NCBI GenBank assembly: GCA_004431415.1
Contig: QPMI01000165.1
Coordinates: 62,001-126,000 of the forward strand
Reading direction: 5' to 3'
DNA: 64,000 nt
Origin: Cyanophora paradoxa CCMP329
Taxonomy: Eukaryota; Plantae; Glaucophyta
Shown: piece after piece, positions 53,092 to 64,000 of the stretch
Position numbering within the stretch: the stretch's first letter is position 1
Layout of the letters: every line of letters begins with the position of its first letter
Position numbers and translations under genes: made by a program
The notes under the pieces: generated by a model
What the model was told of the DNA's origin: nothing
Seen by the model: only the letters and a program-made list of their open reading frames with translations
The model's database searches: none

Positions 53092-56000
53092 CTACCCGTA
53101 CCCCTCGTCCTCGCCCGGGAGCCCCTCCTCCGGGCCGGCGTGGAGGCCGTGCCCGTGGGCGTGGCCGCCGTGGCTGCCGTGGCCCTCGTGCACGCCCGAG
53201 GGCCCCGCCGCCCCCGCCGCCCCGCGGCCCCCCCGCCGCGGCCGCCTCGTGCGCGTGCGCCGACGCCGGCGCCGGCAGCTGCAGCGCCCCGTGCGCGTGC
53301 ACGTGCGCGTGCGCGTGCGCGGGGATGTGCAGCTGCGCGTGGGGGCCCCTCCGCACCGCCTCCTCGTGAGCCAGCTGCTCGGCTGCGCGCGGGCGGGGCG
53401 GGTCAGCGGGGTCAGCCGCAGCGGCGCCCTGGCCGCGGGTCCCACTGACTGACCCGCGAGCTCCTCCGAAGCGATCGCGAGCCACTCCTCGAAGAGGCTA
53501 TCGTCCAGCGGCTCGTTCAGCGCCCGCAGGTTCCAGTAGCAGAAGACGACCTTCATGACCTGCGCGGGCGGATCGAATCTGAGCGGAGGCGCGGCGTGGA
53601 GGATCTGGTGGAGCTGAGGGCCCTCACCCGCTCGCTTGTGAGGTGGTTCCGAAGCTGGGGGTGCATGAAGGACCACAGGGCCCAGTTGCGCGAGCAGAGG
53701 GCAGAGGACATCGGGATCTGGGCGGCCGTCAGCGAAGAGAAGAAGAAGAAACGGGCCGGGGCGGATTCGAACCGACGAGATCTTGATCGCGAGGTCGCAG
53801 AGGGCGGCGACGGTCTGGGAGCGGGTGGCGGAGGTCCAGTTGCCGGTCGGGGGCAGGATGGACTCGTGGGCGGCGAGCTGGTTGCGCCAGAAGCCCCACC
53901 AGCGCGCCGGCGGCTCAAACCTGCGGAAGTCCTCCTCCAGGACGTCTGCGAGAAGATATTAATACTTTGGAGGCCCCCGAGGGAGAAGAGCGGGGGCGGG
54001 CGCGCTGTCTTCAGGGAAGATCCAGCTCTGGGCGCGCAGGTCCGAGTAGTCCAGCACCAGTTTGGTCGCCACGGCCCGCGGCACCTGAAGAGAGAGGGTG
54101 AGAAGAAGGTATGGAAGAAGAGCCCAGTCTGTAGACGTGAGCTCAAGCGGGAAGAAGATCGACATCGGCGCGCCTTGTACTCGTTGGCGAGGCGGGCGAT
54201 GACGGAGGCGCGGGCGGCCATGCAGGCCTTGGCGTCCGCGGCCAGGAACTCGTTCCAGACGCCCACGCGGTTGTCCAGGAACGCCGCCGCCACCTGCGGC
54301 CGGGCCGTCAAAGATCGGAATGTTCGATATGGAATGTGAGCGGAGCGGGGCGGACCATGACTTCGTCGGAGAAGTTCTCGTTCCAGCGCTTCGTCCACAG
54401 GCGCTCGAACATGCCGAAGAAGAGCACGTAGTCGCGGCTCAGGCTGAGCGGGTTGTCGTTCTTGTCGCAGTCGGGCGAGAGCCAGTTGAGGCCGTTCTTC
54501 GGGTCCGCCTGCTGGTCCTTCAGCGTCTGCAGGTCGGCCCGCGCCGCGTCATAGAGCTCCAGGATTTTCTGCGAAGGGCGCGAAGGTGAGCAAGGACCCG
54601 GAGGAGCGGAGTTGAAGGAGGGGCGGGCGCCTTCTTGAGCTTCATGTACTCGAGCCAGGCGGAGGAGATGGGGAGGCCGGTGCCGCAGGCCGCGTCGGCC
54701 TCGAAGGCGGCGACGGCGTCCCGCAGCCACTCCAGCGACTTCTCCACCACGGTCAGCCTGCACACGCGCGCAGAAACCAACTCAGCCGCCGGCGATCGGG
54801 CATCGATGGATCGCATCGCATCGCATCGCGTCGCACCGCTCCCAGAAGCCGTCCTCGCGGATGAGGGACAGGTAGTTCCTGTACGTGTACGGCTCGTCCG
54901 TGTTGTCCTCCACGCCCCCGACGTACCGCTTCGGGTCGCCGGCGCGGGCCGGGGCGCGCCGCGGCGGGAGGCCGCCGTCCAAGAGCAGCTGGGGCTCCGC
55001 GTCGGCCCCCTCCTCCCCCACCTCGCACTCCTCCGCCGGGCCCCTCGCGCGCTCCACCGCGAGCTCCCTGCGCGCCTGCAGCGACGACGACGACGACGCG
55101 GAATCAGAACAGGACGTCGCGCGGCGTCCACTGCGTGGCGGACCGCCTCGCTCTGGTTGACGAGGGTCCGGAGCGCCTCCTTGTTCGCCATGAACGAGTG
55201 CACGAGGCCGTGGTAGGAGTGCCAGCGGGACGGCACGCTCTTCTGGAACTGCGCGCGAGCGACGGCCGCGGGCTCGATTGAGCTCGAGATGGAGCGAGCA
55301 GCGCGACACGACAGACAGAAGGCACCTCGGGGGGCCGCGGCTCGCACTGCAGGCGGATGGCGCGCAGGGCGGGCAGCATGTGCTTGGAGGCCTCGACCGC
55401 CTCGACGACCGCCGTCACGTCCGCGAGCATCTGGCGGGGCTCCAGACGTGAGCCCTCACCCCCGAGCCCCGCCGAGACGAGACGAAGCGAGGTGCGCACG
55501 GCGGCGACCCAGCGGATGGAGCAGACGTTGCCGGCGAGGAGGTTCATGCACTGCGCGGCGGAGCCGAGCACGAGGACGTGCGGAAAGTCCTCCCTGAGGA
55601 GCTCGCGGAAGCCCGCCAGGCTGGCGGCGTTGTCCGCCATCAGGTTCACCGCCGCGAACTTGTCCAGGAACTGCTGCTCCAGCTCCGGGCCCCGCAGCCT
55701 CAGCATCGCCCTCAGGTCCGTCACGATCTGCCCCCGCGCCCGCCCGCCCGCGCGCGCGCCGGGTTCATCGCGTGCCTGGCCGCAAGTTGGGGGCCGTGCA
55801 CGCACCTCAGTGAACTGTCTGTGGAGGAAAGGGGCAGTGGCCGCCTCGCCCCTGTTGTCGATCCCTGCGAAAGCGGGATATTGATATTAACGGAGAAATC
55901 GGCGCCGGCGCCCCCGGCTCGACCCCAGCCTCGCCGTGAACAGCGCGAACCGGCCAGAAAGAAGGTCCCGCGGTCGGTCTCCAGGTTGTAGCTGGTGACG

Positions 56001-56972
56001 GCGTCCGCCCCGGGGCCGCCGGTGCTCCAGTCGTACGCGTCGACCGAGACGGCCACCGCGGACGAGGCGAGGAGGGCCTCCACCATGCGCCTCACGGTGC
56101 GCTCGTACCTGCCGGCCGCGGCCGCGCGCGCGCGTTCAGAGGGGGCGCGGGGGGGTGCGGCGGCGGGCGCACAGGGTGTTCAGGTGCGTGGTGCCGAGGG
56201 CCGTGCGCCCCGGCGGCTCGTACTCGACCTTGCAGGCGCGGATGGCCTCGACCATGTCGCGGAAGAGCTTGCTGTCGACCTTGGCGAGGGGGATGCCCTC
56301 CCCAACGAAGAACTCCGCGATCTTCCACGTCGCCCAGTCCTCCGCGCTCACCGCGTCCCGCTCCTTGCAGCTGTGCGTGAACGACGCGATGGACGCCTGC
56401 AGCTGCCTCGACGCCAGTGCGCGCGCCGAAAACGCCTGGCTGCCCCCCGCGACGGGGCTGGCTATGGCGATGTGCATGGCACGCGCACGGGCGGCCGCGG
56501 CCGCAGTGACGGAGCTGCGAGCCCGCGGCCGGGCGCCGGCGCCGCGGCCGGCCGCGGCGCCATGCGCAGGGCCAGCTGCAGCGCTGGCTGGAGCGCTAGC
56601 TGCAGCTGCAGCGCCGGCGCCGTCCGCTTCCACATCCTCGCGGTCGTCCAGGTCTGAAGCGCGAGCTTTCCGCTTCCGCTGCTTGCCGGGCTTTGCTGCT
56701 GACTTCGGCTCCCTCGCGGCAAGCCTTCCCGTCGAGAACTCCTCCCGCACGTCGGCGGGAATCTCGCCGTCGCAGCGCTGACGATAGCCGGTTGTCCCCG
56801 CGCTTTCGCCGAGGATGTGCATTCGAGCATGCGTCAGGTTCCATCGGGCGAGCGGCATGCCCCAGCGATCGCAGAACTTGCACCACCACTTCCCACGCTG
56901 TTCGTCTTTCGGGAAGTACTCCTGGCCCGCCCGCGGCTTGTCATCGAAGACTGGCGCCGGCGCTTCTGCCAT
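53092..56972 (-). CDS. hAT-transposase-derived gene (BED finger, DUF659-like core, hAT dimerisation region), catalytically degenerate and intron-rich
   Basis: WWCKFC...HARMHI...C BED finger; IAEFFVGEGIPL.KVDS..F..MV; YEPPGR; VSVDAY; MADNAA; SAAQCMNL (CxxH site); PSRW; PMSSALCSRNWALWSFMH..LRNHL...VMKVVFCYWNLR. Confidence 0.8.
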
Positions 56973-57733
56973 TGCCGATATCGATTCGCTCCAGGCGCTG
57001 CCGAAACCACGTCGAGGCGACCTTGGGTCAGGCTTGAGAAGCCCGGCCGCTGCTGCCGAAACTTCGCCCGCAGCTGCTCCCAACAGCTCTCTGCTGAAGG
57101 CCGAGGATCAAGGTCCCTTTCGCCGAAATTTCGCAAGTTGACCTGGGTACAGAAGTTAAAAAGTCTAAGTCTGTACCCCGTTTGCAAAGCTGCCAATTGC
57201 CGGCGAACTCGGCCATGAATGATGAAAACTTACAAGCTTGCAAGAAGCGCGCGCGCGAGCTCCGAGTAAGGTCAACGTTACCGGTAGTGGTCCGGTACCC
57301 GCCGGGATCAAAGTTGTTGGGGCCGGCGCGCGGGCCTTCCGAAGTTCGCCCCGCGCCATCATGATCATGATCGATGAGCATGCGCATCAGCAGCAGCTAG
57401 GTGTCTAGGCTATAGCATACCGATACCACTGCCTACCAGCTAGCAAGGCTCATCTGCTGCGTAGCTAACGAGCCCCACTGCGGCAGCTCAGCCGCTCCTT
57501 CGAAGCGCGCAGCGGCGCGCGGCAGCACGGCGCAATCGCAGCGGTTCAAGGGCTGGAGCTCGAGGAGCACAGAGGCGGCAGCAGCGAAGCGCAGCTAACC
57601 ATGGCTGAGCCGAGAGCCTAAGGGGAGACCACCAGCGCGGAGCCAGGGTCTAGCGAGACCTGCGCGAGGGCGCGGGGGGCGCACTGCCGCGCCAAAAGCA
57701 CCGGGACCTGCACCCGGACTGTACGGGCGCGCG

Positions 57734-60700
57734 ATGCCCAGCCACGCGCATGGCGGGAGGAGGCCGGCGACTGCGCGGCGCTCCGGTGCGCACGCGGGCG
57801 CGGCCCGACCCGCGGCCGAGCGGCTGAGGCGGGCGCGTGCGCGCGGGGCGGGCAGACGCGGACGAGGCGACGAGCGGGCGGGGCAGCTCGGCGCACAGGA
57901 CGGACGACCTGGCGATCCCCTCCTCGGGCTCTCCGAGGCGGCCCGGGCCGCCCAGGCGCGCCCCGCCCCGCCCGCCCCGCCCGCCCCGCCCGGCTCCCGC
58001 CCGGGCCCTGGGCGCGCGCGCGCTGACCGCCGCCCCCCGCAGGAGGTCATCTTCGGCGTCTTCGCCGTCATGCGCGCCCGCCGCGCGCCCCCAGCCTTCA
58101 GGCTTCCTCTTCTTCTCATGCCTCCTCCCTCGCAGGTCGAAGGAGTCGACGAAGAAGCTGCGGTGGGCGGTCGTCGAGTTCGTCGTCGTCAACTTCCAGT
58201 TCCTCGTCTTCCCCTTCAAGGCGCGCCCGGCCCCCGCTCCCCTCGCCCGCCGCCCGCCCGCCCGCGGCCCGCCCGCTTCCTCGGCTTGGCGCGCGCCTAG
58301 GCGCGGCCCGCGGCCACTTGGCTGACGCCGCCTCGCCCGGCGCTGAGCTGACATGCGGGGCCGGAGCAGCTCTTCACGTGGCCGGGGATGGACCTGGCGG
58401 GCGAGTTCCGGCGCCTCCTGCAGATCTTCGTACCCCTCCGCCCCGCCGCCCTCGACTTCCGCTTCGTCCGCCCCGCCCGCCCGCCCCGCCCCGCCCGCCT
58501 GTACCCCCCTCCACCGCGCCCGCCCCCTGACCCCCGCCCAGTACCTCGCTCTCTTCTGGGGCGCATTCTCCCTCGTCGGGTGCGTACCCCCTTCCCGCCC
58601 GCTCTGCTTTGCTTCCCGTACCCGCGTCCTCGCTCACCGTCCCCGTCGCCCCCCGCCATGACCAGCATCTCCGTCGCCGCCGGTACCCATCCCCCGCCGC
58701 ACTTCGCGTACCCCGCCCCATTCCTGAGCCCCGTTTCTCAGCTCTGTACGTCGGGTGGGCCTTCGCGAATCAGGTGCGCCCGTACCCCAGCTCCGCCCCG
58801 CCCGGGGCTCGGGTTCGAATCCCGGCGCAGGCATTCCGCATCATGTGGCCGATGAAGTTCCTCCGATTCGTCGTGTCCAACTGCGTCGGCATCCTGTACA
58901 TGGTACCCCTTTCACCCCCCCCCCCCCCGAGGCACTGGAGCTGAAGCACGCTCGCCCGTACCCCCTCCCTCCCTCCCTGCCCGCAGCCCCTCGTTTCCGT
59001 CTTCTCGTCCACGTGCGCACGGTACCCTCTCATTGGACCTGCACCATGTTAATCTCTACCCCGCAGCTTCAACTGCCCCCTCCCCGGCTCCTCCAGCATG
59101 GCGTGCGTGCCTCCAACCCCGCTCTGCAACTCCCCCCCCCCTCGCCCTCGAATCCGCGTACCCCCAGGCACCTTTATTTCCCCGAGCGCCTCACGTGCTG
59201 GACGGGAGAACACATCACTCTCTTCATCGCCGGCCTCTGCGCCGCCGGTACCCCCGTCGGCCCCTTCCCCCCCCCCCTCTCTACTTGACCCTTCGGGTCT
59301 CTTTTTCTCCGCAGTCGTCTTCACTGCGTTTGCCCTCCTGGCCCAGGTGCGCGACCCTGCCCGCCCGGCTCAATCCTCCCGCCCGTAATCGAGCCCGCGC
59401 CCCCAGCTCCTCTTCTTCGAGCCCGACTTCTTCCGCCTCGGGCCGAATGGGGAGCGGGAGTACTTCTCCAGGTGCCCCCATACCCCTCCCCCTCCCCCCC
59501 CGCCCCGCCCCCGCTCACCGGTACCCCCCCCCCCACCTCCCTGCAGGCCGAACGCGCGGGTGGACGCGCTGTTCTTCCTGAACAACGTCGCCCTCTCCGT
59601 CCTCGTCAACCTCGACGCCCTCCCCAGGTACCCCCGCCCCGGGGACGTCCACGGGCTATATTTAGCCAGGGAACATCCACGGGCTCGCCCGGCGCCGCCG
59701 CACCCTGCCGGGATCTCTCGACGCTGTACCCCCCTTGACGCCGCGCGTGTACCCCCCTTCCCGGCAGGGATCTGGTGGCGCTGGTCTTCCTCGCCTGCGG
59801 GGCCCTCCTCCTCTGGCTCCTCCTCGCCTTCTACCCGTCCGCCCCTCCCCCCCCGTACCCCCCCTCCCTCCCGCCCCGCTGCTTGCAGCGAGCGCCGCGC
59901 GCCGGGGCAGGTACCACCGCCTGGCCGTCAACATGAACCTGACCGGTGCGCACCGCCTTCCGGCGCGCCTCAGGGCGCCTGGCCGACGGCTTCGGTACCC
60001 CCCTCCCGCAGGCGTCGTGGCGGCCTTCGTGTACATGTCCTTCCTCTGCCTCCTCGACGCCCGGTGCGGCCCCCCCGCCCCCCTCCCCTCGTCCGCGGGC
60101 GAGGCGGCGGCTCGGCCCGCCCGCTCCGCTCCGGCGCCTCCGTCCGTCCGACCCTCGCCCGCCCGCCCGCGCGCGCAGCTCGGGGGAGCCGCTGCTGGGC
60201 CTCTCCATCGCCATGCTCGCCGGCTTCGTGCGCTCCCGCCTCGGACTCGGATAGATAGATGCCGATAAGAAGAAGAAGAAGCTTAAGCGGGCCACGGGGT
60301 CGGAGGGGCCTCTTCCCGGCCGGCCCGCCGGCCTCCCGGCCCTGCCTAGCCCAAACAGGCCGGGTTCTCGCGGTCGCTCACCCGGGGGCGCGCGCAGGTG
60401 CCGGCGTACGGGGCGGGGGCCCTGGCCAGCTGGGCCCGCTACCGCCTCAAGGTCCTCCACTCCACCTATCTCTTGCTCCTACCCCCTTGACCTCCGCGCA
60501 TCCTCCCCGCAGATGTGCACGGGGCGGGTGGAGGATATCTCGCGCCTCAAGCGCCCCGTCCACGTCGAGATCGCCACCCGCTTGTCCGCCCCGCCCCCCC
60601 CCCGCCCCGCCCCCGCCTGCCTCGGGGGCGAGGTCTGACGGGTACGCGGGGCAGCGTGTACACGGCGCCAGCGGGGGACCAGCGGAGCGTCGAGACCGCC

Positions 60701-63700
60701 GACGCCATGTTCCAGGTCCCCGCCCCGGCCCCTCCTCCGCCTAGTCGCCTGTCTAGAATCGGGGGCGCGGCCCCAGCCGCCCGCCGCCTCCCCCTCCCAA
60801 ACCCCCGGCCCTCACGCCCCTCGGCGCCCCCATCAGCTTGGCCTGGAGAAGTTCCCGGGCTCGGCCGGCCTCCTCGTCTCCTACGCCACCTTCTGCTTCG
60901 CCCTCAAGGGCTCCTCCGTCCTCGGCGCGGCCTCTCCCACTCTTCCTCTTCTTCTTTCGAGGGGCTCACGGAGGGGGCTCCCCTGGGGCTTCCAGGGTTC
61001 GAGAAGCTGCGGCAGGCGGCGAAGATGGCCCCCGGCTTCGACCTCCGCTTCACCATCTACAAGTCCGCCCCCGCCCGAGACTCGCAGGGGACAGGCAGAG
61101 GCCATCTAAAGGTCGGGCCCTGACGGCGCGCGCGCCCCCGCGCCGCAGGCGGGAGCTGGAGCGGCAGCAGGCGGCGAACGCGGTCGACCTCGGCGACGCC
61201 GCCAAGGACCTCGTCCGCCCCGCCCCGCGCCCGGGCCCGGGCCCGGGCCCGCCCGCGCCCCGCCTAGAGAACTAGCTAGCTGGACATTGGGCCTGGGCCC
61301 GGCCCCGCCTAGATTGGAGCTAGAGATCCAGGCCGACGACACGCGGCCGACGCCGGCGTCGAGCCACCTCGCGCCTCCGCCCCCGCCTCCGCCCCCGCCG
61401 GCCTCACGCCCCCGCCTCCGCCAGATCGCGCACATCGAGTTCGTGTCGAACTCGGGGACGGCGCGGAAGGCGCACCGGTCGGCGGCGCGCGCTCTGCGCG
61501 ACTTCTGGTGCACCCTCGCCGCCGACGAGATCGGTCCGCCCCGCCCGCCCCTCCCGTCCCTCCCGCCCTAGGCATCCCGCCCTTTCGGCCCCCTGCACGT
61601 CCACTGGGACATCCTAGCGGCACCCGCCCCCTCCCGCCCCCGCCCCTCCCGCCCGCCCCGGACGCGCCGCCCTTTCGGCCCCTGCACGTCCACTGGGACA
61701 TCCTAGCAGCACCCGCCCCCTCCCGCCCCCGCCCCTCCCGCCCGCCCCCGACGCGCCGCCCTTTCGGCCCCTGCACGTCCACTGGGACATCCTAGCAGCA
61801 CCCGCCCCCTCCCGCCCCCGCCCTCCCGCCCGCCCCCGGACGCGCCGCCCTTTCGGCCCCTGCACGTCCACTGGGACATCCTAGCAGCACCCGCCCCCCT
61901 CCCGCCCCTCCCGCTTCCCGCCCCCGGCGCGCCGCCCTCCGCCCTCCTCGCCTGAGCTCGCGCCCCGCCCCCCCCCCCCCCCCCCCCCAGACGTGCGGCA
62001 GCTGGAGGCGACGCTGGCGCGCATCGACTCGGCCGAGCGCCGCGCCCGCCTCCACTACGGCGCCCTCCTCTCCCGGTCCGCCCCGCCCGCCCCGTTCCGC
62101 CCCGCCAGCTCCTAGATCTGGACTCGATTGGCTCTAGACCTGACCTGACCTCCGCTCGCTGCTCTTTCCGTCGCTCACGCTGCCCTCCGGCGCGGCCTCA
62201 GCTACCCCCGCGTGCCCCGCATCCTGCGGGCCTACGCGCGCTTCCAGGCGGTTCGCTTCACCCCCACCCCCACCCCCCACCCACCCCCGCCCCTTGCTAC
62301 CTGTACCCCCTTCCTAACGCCGGTACCCCCAGGAGGTGCTGAACGACGAGGCGACCGCCCAGAAGCTCTTCGAGCAGGCCGACGAGTGCGAGGCACGTAC
62401 CCCCCCTCCCCCCGAAATCCCCCCCCCCCAATAAAGCCCTCCGCAGTTGTTGCTGCTTCTAAAGCCCTAACTAGCATAGAATAACAACAACAACATAGAC
62501 TTCTCTAACACAAGATCCTCTTCCGCGCAGGACGAGCGGGAGCGGAAGGCGCACTACTTCGCGGGGGCCGTCCCGGACCCCCTCGCCGGCCTCCCCGTCC
62601 CCGCCTACACCGCCCGCGCCGGCGCCGCCGGCGCCGTGGGGCCCGACGGGCAGCTGGAGCTCACGTGGAGCATGTTCGGCGTGCCGGGCGCCCCCGCCGA
62701 CCCCGCCGTGCGGCCGCCCTCCACATCCGCTTCATATATCAGATAGATAGCTAAGCCAAGGGTCTTGCCCGTGGGGCAGGACTCGGCGTCGGGGGCGGCG
62801 CGGACGTTCCGGGCGGCGGCCGCCTCCGTGGCCGCCGTCACGAACTTCATCTCCCGCGGCATCCGCCGGTGCGCTCGCCCGCCCTCCCGCCCGCCCGCCC
62901 GTGCCCGGCCTCTCGAGGCTACGGTCTATCTACGAGAGGGACCGGAGAGGGCCCTGCGGACTGCTCGGCCGGCGCCCGTCTTCCCGCTGATCGAAACCGA
63001 CCGCCCGGACGCGCGCGCGCGCGCAGGGCGGTGGCGCCGGGGGGCGCGGGCGCGGGCTCCAGGTACGAGGAGGCGGGGCGGACGTCGCGCAACAGCTCCA
63101 TCGGCGACGTCGAGCTCGCCGCCCGGTGCGCCCCCCACCCCCTCCAGTCCCTGCGTGGGCATGAGCATGGGCGGGGACCTTTAGTTTCGAGCATTAGCAA
63201 CGCCGCTCGCGCCCTCCCCGCTCCCTCTCGCGATCGGCCCCATCTCTTCTCGCCCTCTTTGAGAGCCGCGCTGCTCTCGCGTCACCGCCTTGACGTTCGG
63301 GGCCCGGCAGGGGCCCGGGGGCCGATCGCGACCGGGGGGACGAGGCGGCCGCCCGCCTCGCCGCCACCATCCAGCGCCTCCAGGTCAGGGTACTCCATTT
63401 GATAAGCTTAGGGATTTGATCTGACTCGCGCGCGAGCAGGCGGGCCCCATACCCGGGGCGGCGCCGCCGCCGGGGCCGTCGGTGTCGAAGCGGAGGGCCG
63501 GCGGCGCCTCCTCGCTCCGCGTCTCCCTCAGCGAGCCTTCGGCCTCCGTCCACGCCCTCTCCCCCGCCGGCCCCCACGGCTCGGCCCCGACAGCCGCGGC
63601 CCGGGCCGAGGCGGAGGCGGAGGTGGTGGACCTGGAGGCGGCAGAGGCGCCCCGGGCGCCCCGGCCCCCGTCCCGCCAGGCCTGGGGCTGGGCCCTCGAG

Positions 63701-64000
63701 GTACCCCCCTTCGAAGGGCCCAAAGCCGACGCCGGCGCCGGCGCTTCGGCGGGCGCTGTTCGGCCCTTCTCCGACGACGGCGACGGCGACGGCGACGAGG
63801 GCGCGGGGGTACCCGCCCCTTCTTCCCCGAAGCGGCCGGAGGGCCCGCGGCGCCCGTCCCTCGTCCTCCCCGCCCCGGACGCGGAGCTACAGCTCTCCGA
63901 CGAGGAGCAGGAGGAGGGGGACGAGGAGGGGGAAGACGAGAAGAAAGGAAAGAAGGGGGAGGACGAGGGGGGGGGGGGGAGGAAGAGGCCCACGTGCTCA
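57734..64000 (+). CDS. Large multi-pass membrane protein resembling the TmcB/TmcC (tiny-macrocyst) family; many introns, runs off window; start uncertain
   Basis: N-terminal TM bundle (VIFGVFAVM, FQFLVFPF, WPMKFLRFVV, LTCWTGEH, LLLAFYP|YH), then TPR-like FDLRFTIY, LRDFW and YGALL.R|YPRVPRILRAYARF|..VLNDEATAQKLFEQADE. Confidence 0.6.
61578..61905. repeat. Intronic ~90-bp minisatellite, 4 units
   Basis: cgccctttcggcccctgcacgtccactgggacatcctagc(a/g)gcacccgccccc occurs four times. Confidence 0.9.

Noticed and set aside
61578-61905. Four regularly spaced conserved ~45-bp cores (CRISPR-like)
   Set aside because: The intervening sequences are near-identical C-rich tracts, so this is an intronic minisatellite.

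Overview
The window has two compartments that differ sharply in composition. (1) Positions 1 to ~21,660 are AT-rich (roughly 35-40% GC by eye), intronless and gene-dense. They form the right part of an endogenous Polinton-like/Maverick-type dsDNA virus whose left end lies outside the window. It encodes a C1q-headed fibre, an HxH-repeat fibre with an H-lectin-like tip, a patatin-discoidin fusion, two divergently transcribed penton-like minor capsid proteins, a double-jelly-roll major capsid protein, an A32-like packaging ATPase, small AT-hook proteins, an AEP primase-PriCT2-SF3 helicase, a GIY-YIG nuclease, a protein-primed PolB whose proofreading domain looks destroyed, and an rve integrase. 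A structured non-coding end closes with a perfect 29-bp palindrome at the AT/GC boundary. (2) Positions ~21,660-64,000 are very GC-rich nuclear DNA of a probably plastid-bearing protist, with many short introns that often use GC donors. Host genes include a PPR-like gene fragment, a CPBP/CAAX protease, an ABCC/MRP transporter whose 3' half is tandemly duplicated together with a LINE-like tail and a 151-bp repeat, a CBM20 protein, a type-I membrane protein, GPKOW/MOS2, a catalytically dead intron-rich hAT transposase derivative and a TmcB-like multi-pass protein. The most notable observations are the exonuclease-dead pPolB beside a second primase-helicase replication gene, an iteron/hairpin cassette duplicated around the GIY-YIG-pPolB-integrase block, the multi-lectin/phospholipase entry module with two pentons, and context-specific CpG avoidance in viral genes. 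All calls come from motif recognition by eye, with no searches run, and host exon boundaries are approximate.
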